From Anolis carolinensis (lineage: Eukaryota): a stretch of DNA of 64,000 bases. The notes under the pieces are model-generated. The model was not told the origin of the DNA, did no database searches, and saw only the letters and a list, made by a program, of their open reading frames with translations. The stretch lies in NCBI RefSeq assembly GCF_035594765.1, contig NC_085841.1, positions 323,277,402-323,341,401 on the forward strand, given 5' to 3'. A program made the position numbers and the translations under genes. Positions 13,605 to 25,243 of the stretch are shown here, in pieces (the first letter of the stretch is position 1; each line of letters begins with the position of its first letter).

Positions 13605-14002
13605 CATGTAAAAAATGTCTTGGACAGCATGCATCCAGAGGCATTCTTACTAGGCGTAACAGCTACATCACTTTTGAAGATGTATGACTGACTTTTATTT
13701 TGATAACAACTGCAGCAAGAATTATGTATGTGCGGACGTGGAAAGTAAAAGAAACACCCAAAATGGAAGAAGGTATCTTCAGATAAAAGAACTCTCAATA
13801 TTCAAGAAATATTGGGAAACTTTCAAACATTTCCTGGAAGAAAAGATAACTCCAACATGCGGATTTCATGTTTAAAATGTTAATCTATTATATTTTACAC
13901 AATGAAGTAGATAATATAGAAACAAAAAAATTATTATGTATATGAAAAAACATATACAGAAATTTGACAATGTATTTCAATAAAATAAAATTTAAGAAAA
14001 AA
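13605..14002 (+). mobile_element. L1 LINE ORF2 C-terminus and 3' end, decayed
   Basis: Fragments HPEAFLLG...TTAARIMYVRTWK...P.MEE and FKKYWETFKHFL, followed by AATAAA and an A-rich tail. Confidence 0.6.
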
Positions 14003-14216
14003 TATGTCAGGTGGAAAGAGTTCACAATGGAAAAAGTTTAAGAAGCCCTATCCTAGATGTTGTTGGTCCAGAAGTCCCATCATCCTGAAACATTGGCTTT
14101 GCTATCTGGAACTCATGGTTTCTGGAGACCAAAAAAGCAATATTGTATTGATTAAAAGAAAAATGTTCAGGAACACCTTTAGCAACTTTGTCTGGAATGC
14201 TAGCCAAGATTTGTAC

Positions 14217-14476
14217 TTTCTTACTTACAAACTTACTTAGGCAATCCCTCCTTGTCCGAGTTTGATGGCCTTCCAAGTGTAGTGTCTTGGCGGTGGATAC
14301 GTAGGTGATCATGAGCCATATTCATGACCCGCACGTTCTTCCACAGTGAGGGCATCGGTTTCCAGATGGAAGGCAGTCCCGTTCAGGGTTGGCTTGACAC
14401 GCCTTCCTCTTCACGCATTTCTCCCTTTCGCCCTCCATTTGTGCCTCTTCAAATTCCACAGCACGGTTGATCAAAG
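14217..14476 (-). mobile_element. RTE-clade LINE 3' fragment flanked by a ~105-bp direct repeat
   Basis: Homologous to 5546-5780; direct repeats at 14112-14216 and 14477-14581. Confidence 0.85.
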
Positions 14477-15658
14477 CTCATGGTTTCTGAAGTCCAAAAT
14501 AAAAGCACTGCATTGATTAAAAGAAAAATGTCCAGGAACACCTTTAGCAACTTTGTCTGGAATGCTAGCAAGGATATGTAACCTATAATTCTTTACAAGC
14601 ACCAAATGAAAAAGAGCACGTGACCTTATTTTTAAAAATTACAACGCAGCAAAATTAGCACTGACAGTAAACATGGCAAATGCCAGTTATCACTATCTAA
14701 AATAACAATTTGGTATGCTTAGTGTAGACACCAGGCATAAAGATATGTTTCATTTAGCGGCACTGTCTTTATATGAGCCTGGCCTTTTCTTGAAAAAAAT
14801 ATCTGTTTTAAATACACTTAATACATAACTATGGTTTGCATTGTAGAAGTGGCCCCTGAGCCAAAAAGCCAGTTTTCAGAAACTCGCAGCTGACATTTAC
14901 GGGGCCTTCAATTAACTAATCAAATCATTTCTTGCCTCCTTTTCCCTCCTTTATTATATTGCCATGAAAAAAATTATATACTTCATCACTTCGGAATGGT
15001 GCTTGTTCTTTTTTCAGCTTACTGCCTATAGAGAACAAAAACTTTGAGGTATGGGGTGAAGGTAATACTTGAAACTATAGTTTCTAGCTATATATAATTA
15101 CCTTCAATGGAGCAAAATCATAATGAGAATAGCTTTATTGTCATATTTTTCACTGGTGGGTGTGAAGAATGATTTAACTTACAGGTACTGATTATGTAAT
15201 TGTATTGATATAGGGCACACAGCCTACTCTCCCTTATGAATCACGTAGACTGACAAGGGAGGTGTAGAACACCCCACATACTTTTGGCTTCATAAAAGGA
15301 GAGAGGTGCTCTTGCAGGGAGCCTTTAAAGTTCACAAATATACATCAAATAAAAGAGGACATGGCAGTGCCATGTGGTGCCATTTAGAAACTAATTGGCC
15401 GAAGCAAACCAACACATGCACACTCCAGATGTCTATTAAAGGTTGCCAGTGGACTGAAAATAAGTCGCAAGCTCACCTAAACAGGATTGATATATAATGC
15501 ACCAATTTATTCATATTTTGCTTATGAAACATTCGATGCAACCTCACAAATAAACCTATAAGAATTACTGGCTTTTCTATGGATGATGAGTACGTATTAG
15601 TTTATGTTGGCCAAACAAGAGGTGGAGACTGTAATAGGTAGGGAAATGCAATCAAGTA

Positions 15659-15794
15659 CAGAGTTTCTCCAACTGTGCTCCTCCAGGTGTTTTTGGACTT
15701 CAGCTCCCACAATTCCTAACAGCTGGTAAACTGGCTAAGATGTTTGAGAGATGAAGTCCAAAACACCTAGAGGAGCACAGTTTGAGAAATGCTG
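15659..15794. mobile_element. Short palindromic hAT MITE
   Basis: Inverted ends; 8-bp TSD ATCAAGTA / ATCTAGTA. Confidence 0.75.
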
Positions 15795-15862
15795 ATCTAG
15801 TACAAAGAAATCTTTTTGATGAACAGGAGGGATGGATTATTCTTCAGCTAGCCCTTATAGTA

Positions 15863-16191
15863 GGAGCCCCGATGGCGAAGTGCGTTAAAGCGCTGAGCTG
15901 CTGAACTTGCAGACCGAAAGGTCCCAGGTTCAAATCCCGGGAGCGGCATGAGCGGCCATTGTTAGCTCCAGCTCCTGCCAACCTAGCAGTTCAAAAACAT
16001 GCCAATGTGAGTAGATCAATAGGTACCGCTCCGGCGGGAAGGTAACAGCGCTCCATGCAGTCATGCCGGCCACATGACCTTGGAGGTGTCTACGGACAAC
16101 GCCAGCTCTTTGGCTTAGAAATGGAGATGAGCACCAACCCGCAGAGTCAGACATGACTGGACTTAACATCAGGGGAAACCTTTACCTTTTC
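15863..16191 (+). mobile_element. Full-length Sauria SINE
   Basis: tRNA-like head (GGAGCCCC..TGGCG..G; B box GGTTCAAATCC), ACCTTT tail, 15-bp TSD CTAGCCYTTATAGTA (15848-15862, 16192-16206). Confidence 0.95.
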
Positions 16192-16319
16192 CTAGCCTTT
16201 ATAGTAGTGGTTCTCAACCTGTGGGTCCCCAAAGGTTTTGGCCTTCAACTCCCAGAAATCCTAACAGTTGGTAAACTGGCTGGGATTTCTGGAAGTTGTA
16301 GGGCAAAACACCTGCAGAC

Positions 16320-16580
16320 CAGGGCTGTAGCCAAGGGGGGGGGGGGGGGGGTTAGGAGTTTAAACCCCTCTCTGGCCAAAAAAATTCAGGTTAAAAAAGC
16401 CCTGGTTTACTCATGAATTTTAACTGATTATCCAAATCCCCATGAGTGTCCACTGAAGTTTATCTGTCTTGAGTGTCCAATGGAGCCTGATTTCTAAATT
16501 ATTTTGCTACTACTCTTCATGATTTGCTAAAAAAAAAGTTTCAACCCCACCCCCTGATTTTTTTTCTGGCTATGGCCTTG
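16320..16580. mobile_element. hAT MITE nested in another short MITE (16205-16598)
   Basis: TIR CAGGGCTGTAGCCA / TGGCTATGGCCTTG; TSD CTGCAGAC / CTGCAAAC. Confidence 0.75.
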
Positions 16581-17519
16581 CTGCAAACCCACAGGTTGCC
16601 TTATAGTGTCTATACTGGCCAGAAAATAAAGATGAAGCAGTCTGACAGGTCTTTGTTCACCTGCATGGAACTCATGAACCAGCAGATTCCATGGTACCAT
16701 AAATGCTAGTAATTGTATTAAGACAATGCAAGCTTTTGTCCTAAGTAGTTTGTTCTTCCATTCATTCCTGTCTCTATTTGTTTTTCAAGAAATGTTTGCT
16801 GTCAGCTCTGCAAATCATACCACAGTGGTTAGCAAATCTGGTTGATGTCTTTCCCCATAATTACATCATTTACCCAGTGAACTCATAGAAGGTGGGTCAC
16901 TTGATAATTATAAATCTCTAAAGCATTAAAACATGACAAATATAGCAGTAAGACTTCACTCATAAGCTAAACACAATAAAATGGGCAATTGGAGTTCTTT
17001 TTTTGTTAAAAAAATGGACAGAAGAGTAACTACATATCTTTTCTTCTTACCTTGGCTTCTGAAAAGGCTAGAAATTTACTTGCTCATGATGCAATGGCTG
17101 GAATCCAGGTAAAGGCAAGCCAACTGGGCAAGATGGAAACTCAGTAATTTCATGAGTTTTAACTAGCTGTATATGGAAAGCAACATCATATAGATACAGA
17201 AATACAGCAGTGTTTTTATCTTTAAAGATTTTCCAGAAAAAGAAACAGGGCAAGGCCATACAGCTTTAGCTGTCCACTGGCCTACCAGCCAACTTGATTT
17301 GATTCTGTCTTTTTTTCCTGAAAAAAAATCATTTAGATATTTATGTCAGTATACATTTCATTGCCCATTCTGGTGCCACCACAAACTCATTGTTGTAGAA
17401 TTGTACTGGGTGTGAGACAAGGATAACACGAAGAGTGGCAGCTGTAGCTAAGTAAGGTATGATGAAGGAGTATCATTTCCTTGATCTTCAGAGCACTCAT
17501 TTTGATCTGCTTATAAGTC

Positions 17520-17521
<2 letters not shown>

Positions 17522-17570
<49 letters not shown>
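17522..17570. repeat. (TA)n microsatellite
   Basis: Direct inspection. Confidence 0.98.
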
Positions 17571-17574
<4 letters not shown>

Positions 17575-17738
17575 AGGAATTCCTGATAACCAACATTCCA
17601 TGTATTGCCTAATTTGGCCCTAGAACAAATTAATCATAATATAATATGTTTTTTTAAAAAAATCAAATTATAATTAAACTCAAACTTTGCATTGACAGTG
17701 GATCAAAAAACTATCTCATTCAAATAACATACTTCATA

Positions 17739-18073
17739 GGTTGTAAAGGTAAAGGTTTTCCCCTGACTTAATGTCCAGTCGTGTCCTAATCTGGGGGTTG
17801 GTGCTCATCTCCATTTCTAAGCCGAAGAGCCAGCATTGTCCATAGACACCTCCAAGGTCATGTGGCCGGCATGGCTGCATGGAACGCCGTTACCTTCCCA
17901 CCAAAGTGGTACCTATTGATCTACTCACATTTGCATGTTTTTGAACTGCTAGGTTGATGGAAGCTGGGGCTAACAGCAGGCACTCACTCCACTCCGCAGA
18001 TTCGAAACTGCGACCTTTTGGTCTGCAAGTTCAGCAGCTCAGCGCTTTAATATGCTGCGCCACCGGGGGCTCC
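17739..18073 (-). mobile_element. Full-length Sauria SINE
   Basis: Reverse complement of the consensus; 13-bp TSD AACATACTTCATA (17726-17738, 18074-18086). Confidence 0.95.
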
Positions 18074-19434
18074 AACATACTTCATAACTGTCATTATATT
18101 CAATATTATTCTGGGATTTTTTAAAAGGAGCTGCCATAATGTTTAATGTGATAATGGTGATCCCTGATCTATTGTTAAATATGAAATTTGGAATATAAAT
18201 GATTTCCATATTTCTGCAAAATTGCCTTTTAGTATTTTTGTTCTTCCCACTTGAACTATCATTGCCAAGGACAATACACCAAATCCCATCCTGCATTTTT
18301 TCAAGATTGTGCTAAGTATTACTATCTATGAATTAAAAAAAGTTGCTCATATGAGTGGCAATCACATTTACGGTAATTTTTACTGAAGCTGTGTGAGGAT
18401 CATAAAGTTCATTTCATCCCATTTACATGCAAAGAATAATGAAAAGTTGGGTTGCTTTGGATAAACCAGTTCACCTGAGGCATGCATACAATAACAAATC
18501 CAGGAACATTCCAGTATTTTTAAATTCATGATCACATAGAATGAGCTGATTGCAATCAGATAGTAGAGATCCTAAAACTTGTGTTGTCTGTGTGCAGTGA
18601 AACACTATGAGAATATCTAGATCTTCATTTGTTACTTTGGGCACAGTAGCTCCAGCTGCTGTTTTCTCTGGCTGTAGATATATCCTTTTTGCCTGAGTCT
18701 TTCTCCCCCCACCACCACCTTCAGAGTTAATTAAGCGAAAACTAATTTTGCACATTGAACTCAGTTTGCAGCAATGAAGTAAGGACAAGGAGAATAAAAT
18801 GAGAATACACCTACACTATAGAATTAATGCCACTCAATGTTACAGAATCATGGGAGCTGTAGTTTGGTAAGGCACTAGAAGTATTTAGCAAGTAAGGTTA
18901 AAGACCTTGAAAAATTACAAGTATTTCAGATAAGGGATACTCAACCTGTATAAAATCTGAAAGGACAGGAACAAAATCTTACTTTTCAATAGGTTTGGAC
19001 TGGAACTAGGGGTCTTGAGAGAAAAAGTAGGGTACAGATGATGATGATCAAGAAGAATTTATTACCTCCCTCTCCTTGCAGCTCAAGGCAGGGTACAACA
19101 GGGTTAAAACAAAGCAATAAAACACTGCACTTACTAAAATACATATAACAACATACACTCAAGACATCCCCATTAAAATGCAGGATGATGATGATGAAAA
19201 AGAAGATGAAGATGATGATGATATGTAAATACTGCCCTAAGTGTCCTTTTACATGCAAGTTAGACTTTTGTGCATAAAGCATGAAGGGCTAAAAGGACTC
19301 TATAACTCCATTAAGTTGAATGCTACTACAGAGCTCCTGCTATCAGAAACCCCAATAAGATCAGGTTCCTGGTTATGGGAACTTGATAGTCATGTTTAGC
19401 TAAACAGAACCCTTTTCATACTTTTACACCAGAA

Positions 19435-20284
19435 TCGTTGGTCAATTCACCCCAAACCAGGCCTGTATGCCAAATTTGGTCCAGACCTGACCTTGCCTGG
19501 GTTCAGTGCTCTCTGGATGTGGGCGAACTACAATTCCCAAAATCAAGGTCACGTCCCACAAACCCCTGCAATATGTTCACTTTGTCATGGGGCTTCTCTG
19601 TGCCAAGTTTGGTCCCAGTCCATTTTTAGTGAGGGTCACTGTTTCTCTGGAGGTAGGTGAACTATAACTTCCAAAATCAAGGTCCATTTCCACTAACCCC
19701 TGCAATATGTTAACTTGGTCATGGGGCTTCTCTGTGCCAAGTTTGGTGCCAGTTCATTGTCGGTGGAGGTCACAGTATCAGTGAAGGTATTGCAAGCCCC
19801 ATTATTCATGGCAAGTTTGGTCCAGATCAATTGTTGGTTGGGTTAACAGTGCTCTTTGGATGTAGGTCAAGTACAACTCATGGTGAATTCTCCCCAAATC
19901 TCCCGTTCAGTTGCTGATCAATTCCTCTGTTTATTGTGTGTCATAGGAAAGGGTAGGAAAGGGTTAAGGTAGAGGCAGTGGGTGGGGCCATGCAAATTAA
20001 GAAACTCTGGGATGTCTATTTTGGAAGAAAAACAGTACATCTAGGATGAAATTGTCCCCGCATGAAAGCCTTCACTTGGGTGGGGGGCAGAATGGTGTTT
20101 GTGGAGGACACTGGCAGCGTTTGGGCTGTATGTTCATGGCACTCACTATAACCTGCATGTCATTGGAGGGAAGGCCATTGGTGTCTCCTGTTCAGTGAGA
20201 ACTATGGCTGTTTGTGGAAGTGGGAGGTTGTCTGAGTAAGTGGACACCTCCACATACACATTTTTCACTTTTTATGTGTATAGA
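19435..20284 (-). mobile_element. Helitron-like non-autonomous element with internal ~120-bp tandem units (5' part)
   Basis: Minus strand begins TCTATACACATAAAAAGTG; repeated CCAAGTTTGGTCC...GGTGAACTACAA units; homologous to 56336-58335. Confidence 0.6.
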
Positions 20285-21724
20285 TTGGCAAAACAATCTT
20301 GCCCCCTCTTTTGCATCACATTCTCAGAGAGACTAGAATGACAGGTGCTTTTCTATGCCAAAAACTAAGGTGTTATACAGAGCAAAACTATTCAAATAAA
20401 ACAAACCAGTTGAAACACAACACAACATTAGAATAACAAAAAACCACAGTAAAAATGAATGAGAAATCTGTACTGTATTGTGTTGGATATTGTCTGTTTC
20501 TCTGCTAAAAAGCAACTTTGAAGACTGCAGTCTTGTTTTCATTTACGTATCTAAAAGGAAGGGTTACTGACTGTAAATTGCACAAAGAAAGAATACATAA
20601 GGAAAATATTGTCTCAGTTGGCAAGAGAATAAAATTAAGTAGATAATGAATTCATCAGTATATCACAGGAAGAAACAGAGGGTAGATTGTAATATAGGAA
20701 GAATGGCAGTGCAAGCAGTGCTTTAGAATTAGCTATGGGACTTACTTGTGGCAACAAAGGCCTGATTCTTGAAAGTGACTTATCCAAAATGTGTGCACTC
20801 CTCTCTCTAATAATTGAATTATAACTTGCAAAATCATTGCCTCATCGTAAATTAGAACATTCCACCCAAAGAGCTAGATCTGCTATTTTAAAAAAGGGAA
20901 CAGCTCATTTTTATAATTCATCAGTTTTAGTAACTCCTCCATCTTGATACATAACTACAAAAATCTTTGATACCCTCTAGTGGTGACAGTTTATAGTCTG
21001 GAGGTGTTTAATGAAAATACTAATATTATGGTTCTACAAAGGAAAGGTTCGAACAGTGTATTTTGGTTACAATATCATTATTGAATAAAAAGTTTGATGT
21101 ATCCTACATGTATGCAGTCACCTGTAATTATCTGTAATTTTATTCACCTGGCAAATTTAATCATATGTCTATCACACATTACAATGTTTTGAATGCAAGG
21201 ATATTATATGTGAAGATTTTCAGGTGGGGAGAATAATATTAAAGGAGAGCTGCCCAGGATTCAAATCTATGATCAGCCTTTGAAACCAACTGGGCAAATC
21301 ACACTGTCTCAGCTTCAGAGGAAGGCAAAAGAAAAACCCCACTGAACAAATGTTGCCAAGAAATTCCCAGGGTAGGTTTACTGCAAGGTTGCCATAAGTC
21401 AGAAGTTACTTAAAGGCACACTAGAATGCACAAATTCAAATATAGATATAAAGATATACATATTGTGTGAGGTGTGATACTGACATCATCTCCTCAGAGT
21501 ATTATAGTCTTATATGAGAAAGTATGAGCTATTTGTACAAAATTGCCTGCTCCTAAGAGCTATACCAATCACTGTATTTGTTTTTACTCTAGTTGTTGCA
21601 TTCCTCCTTCACTCCAATGATTGCATTGCCTTCTGCAGTCTTTGCAATACATTCTGCAAAACGTACTTCAACTAGATTTTCCGCCCAAAGCTAGACTTTC
21701 TTGATGAGTTATTAACCCAAGGAA

Positions 21725-22016
21725 TTCTTTTTTCGTAGCAAGAGCGACTTGAGAAATTCCAAGTCACTTCTGGTGTGAGAGAATTTGACATCTGCAAGGA
21801 CGTTGCCCAGGGGACACCTGGATGTTTTTGATGTTTTACCATCCTTGTGGGAGGTTTCTCTCATGTCCCTGCATGGAGCTGGAGCTGACAGAGAGAGCTC
21901 ATCTGTGCTCTCCCCGGGTTGGATTTGAATCAGCAACCTTCAGGTCAGCAACCCAACCTTCAAGTCAGCAGTCCTGCCAGCACAAAGTCTTAACCCATTG
22001 CACCACCGAGGGTTCC
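21725..22016 (-). mobile_element. tRNA-derived SINE (second Anolis-type family)
   Basis: Minus strand head GGAACCCTCGGTGGTGCAATGGGTTAAG with B-box-like GATTCAAATCC; body distinct from the Sauria SINE 3' half. Confidence 0.75.
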
Positions 22017-22255
22017 TATATACCTAAGGAAATGAAAACTAGAATTGAGAGAGGATAATTCACAAATGTCACTACAGTATGTGTGAACACCCCTAAAGGC
22101 AAGATGGACTGGGTTAGAATACAGTTCCACAGAAGATTGACTGCACATTTGCCAGTAACTTAATTCCTACAGGAGCTAGAAACTTACATTTAAAAAAAAA
22201 AAAAGAAAATTGGAAAAGAATCCCAAATTATGATCTAAATGTGATGTTTGGCCTA

Positions 22256-22680
22256 CCGTGTTTCCCCGAAAATAAGACAGTGTCTCATATTATTTTTTAC
22301 TCCCAAAGATTTGCTAGGTCTTATTTTCAGGGGATGTCTTATTTTTCCATGAAGAAGAATTCACATTTATTGTTGAAAAAAAAAGAACATTTATTCTATA
22401 TTGTACAGTAGTTGTCATCACAAACTAACATAACCAAACCAGACAAACTGTGACTCCTGTCAAGAATTTCTTGTTAATACTATTATTTCCATATACAACT
22501 GGTATGTACATTTATCAATCCTGCATGCTATGGTGTTTTTTATTTGGCGGGCGCCGGGCATGCTTCCAAACAAAAACTTTGCTAGGTCTTACTTTCGGGA
22601 GAGGCCTTATATTTAGCAATTCAGCAAAACCTCTACTAGGTCTTATTTTTTGGGGACATCTTATTTTCAGGGAAACAGGG
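22256..22680. mobile_element. Tc1/mariner-pogo-type MITE
   Basis: TIR CCGTGTTTCCCCGAAAATAAGA / TCTTATTTTCAGGGAAACAGGG; TA on both flanks. Confidence 0.85.
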
Positions 22681-22778
22681 TATATATAAATCTGACTAAA
22701 CCAATGGTATAGCAATGGTAGCAATACAGAACACGACAAGAGTCTCCAGAACTAATATTATGGAGGAGATATGTCATA

Positions 22779-23690
22779 GGCCCTTCTATATTGTCCTATA
22801 TCCCAGATCTGATCTGCTTTGAACTGGATTATATGAGTCTACTCTACACTGCCAGATAACCTGGGATAATCAGATAATCTGGGATCAGATTCTGGGGTGT
22901 AAGGGCAGTGTAGAAGGGGCCTTATGGCCTTATCACAAAGGCCAGGTAAAGTGTCCCACTTTGACTTCACAGAGGAAAGAGAGGAGCAACAGGACGAATC
23001 CGTCACCCCCCACACAGTTCCCTCTCGGCGATGCTTTCCTCATCACATGTGGTAAGCATTGCCCTTCTGGGGAGGGTACGTGCTGGCTCCATTGAAGCCA
23101 GCCAACATGGGAAGTCTCCAAGGACACTTCCAACCTGGTTGAAGGTGAGGCTTTCACCAAGTCACATAACATCGTGTAATGGCCAGCATGGAGCTTTGTC
23201 CCCCAAACACGCTTGAAGCTTCCTTGGACGCTGAATGAGTGTGATGAGGTCGTTAGTCACGATGGAAGTTAAGGCTAAGTGTTGTTTGGAAATAAAGAGA
23301 AGGAAGCAAGTTGCCTGTGTCTAAAACCCATAGACACCAGTTACAACCTCATCAGACAAGGGTTAAATCAGTGGCATGTGCCAGTTCACCTTCTCCTTTA
23401 TGATGATGGCGACTGGCTCCCATCCCACAATGCACTGCAACTTCCAGCAGGGCTCTGCTGTAAAGGAAAAGACGACTCAGTGCATGCACCACTGTGGCAA
23501 CATGAGAGGTTTCCCATGTTGCCTTGAATCAATGAAGGGAAGCCGGGCAGCAAACGCTTCCCCGCATGGGATGGGGATGTGGGTGAGTCAGGCAATGTGG
23601 GGCGATGGGTTCCCCATGCCCCCAGACGGGCACCAATAGAATTGCCATGATATGTGGTGATTCTGGCGGCATGTGTGAAGAGGTCCATAG
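22779..23690. mobile_element. Cluster of three Harbinger-like MITEs (about 22779-22921, 22927-23251, 23345-23685)
   Basis: Each has inverted ends of the GGCCC.TTCTA or GACCTCATCACA type seen elsewhere in the window. Confidence 0.55.
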
Positions 23691-24377
23691 TCAGACCTAT
23701 GGAGATTGATTTGGGCAAAAGCCCCAGGATCTGGCAAGAATAATAGCCAGTGTTATCAGGGGGAGGGGCCCTGTTCTGACATCCATATGATGTTCTTACC
23801 CTCTTGCCATTTCTGATGTTTTTTCTAGCATTTCTAGCAAGTTTGGGGCCCACTACATTTAAATTTTTTTTAAATGGTAGGGAGAGGTCTGTTCCATGAA
23901 GAGCCCTTGGTAAATGTCCCATATTGATATTCATTGTCCTGGTTCCTCCTCTGAACTTTTGAGTGATTCTACTGATAATATTTTGAATATTTTGAAACAG
24001 ATGCTTACTACTGCTCTCCTTTTCCTCTTTACATTTCTGGTCATCAGATGGAACATTCTTTCCCTCTCTTCCTTTTTAGTTTCAATGGACCTTCAATATC
24101 TGAAGTTTGATACCAGAACCTCCTGTGGATACCAAAATCTGTGGATGCTTAAGTCTCATTATTTCAGTGGTATAGTAAAATGACAATCCTTATATAAATT
24201 GGTAAAATTAAACTTTGGGGATTTTTAACAAATATTTTCAAGCTGTGGATGATTGAATTCATGCATGCAGAATCTGTGGATGTGAAATGCTGACTGTACA
24301 CTGATGAAGTGATATAGCACTTTAGTGCTTTGGCTATAACACAAAGAATACATCTGAAAGCTTAAGATGGTAGGTGT

Positions 24378-25243
24378 TGTCAGATCCCTGGCTGCTGGGC
24401 ACCAATAACCGTACACGGAGGCCAATCTCTATCTAATATCTTTATTAAGGAAATATATAAAAGCAATAAAAACAAGTGAACAGTATAGTTCAGAAGCAGA
24501 CCTTTCAAATGAGGTCAAATATAGTCCAAAAATGTATTGTCCAATAAATGATATTAGAGTTCAAAGCTTTAATCCACTTGACCGAAACACACACTTTTGC
24601 CAAGCAATAGTGTGGGGAAATTTCAGAGTCTTGGAAGTCCAATGAAACTTGACAACAAGGCTGGAAATAACTTGGTACTTGACTAGGTCCGTGACTAGAA
24701 ACAAGGCAAAACGTGAAGCGTGGAACAAGGTCCATGGTTAAACAGCAAGGCAAGACAAAGGCTTGAATGCTCGATCCGGGAAGCAAGGAACTGGGGTTAC
24801 GAAGTCCACACATGATCTCTCTCCTGAAGCTGATCAATTGACTCCGCAAAGAATCTCGTCAAACACCTATATTGGGTCTCGTTTTCCCGCCAACAGAACT
24901 CTTTCCCTAGAGAACAAGAAGCGAAACCCAACTCTGTCCAGATGCAAGACTCCTTAGAGTTTCCCAAGGGAAGCAGGCCTAATCAGCCTGTTGTTTGGCA
25001 GCGATCCGCAAACTCCTCCGATTTGCTTCTCTGACTCCTCTGTCTCTAGAATAAGATTCCCTCCTGGGAAACGGAGGGGAGTAATGCCCAAGGCCTGTTT
25101 TACTGAATTCTTGAGGGCAAACATCAACATCCGGCAGGTGAAGGGACTCCGGCTCTTGCTGAACCAGCGAAAACCCCATGTTTTCATCTTCATCTGCCAC
25201 AATAGTACTAGGAACAGGACTACAAGGCCCATGAGGCATCACA
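24378..25243 (-). mobile_element. Solo LTR A (866 bp) with an 86-aa ORF at 25239-24979
   Basis: TGT...ACA ends, 5-bp TSD GGTGT (24373-24377, 25244-25248), AATAAA about 65 nt from the minus-strand 3' end. Confidence 0.9.

Noticed and set aside
15863-15945. tRNA gene
   Set aside because: The A and B boxes belong to the tRNA-derived head of a Sauria SINE; no complete cloverleaf.
23398-23934. 178-aa minus-strand ORF
   Set aside because: Overlaps a MITE, has no recognisable domain and no convincing splice context.
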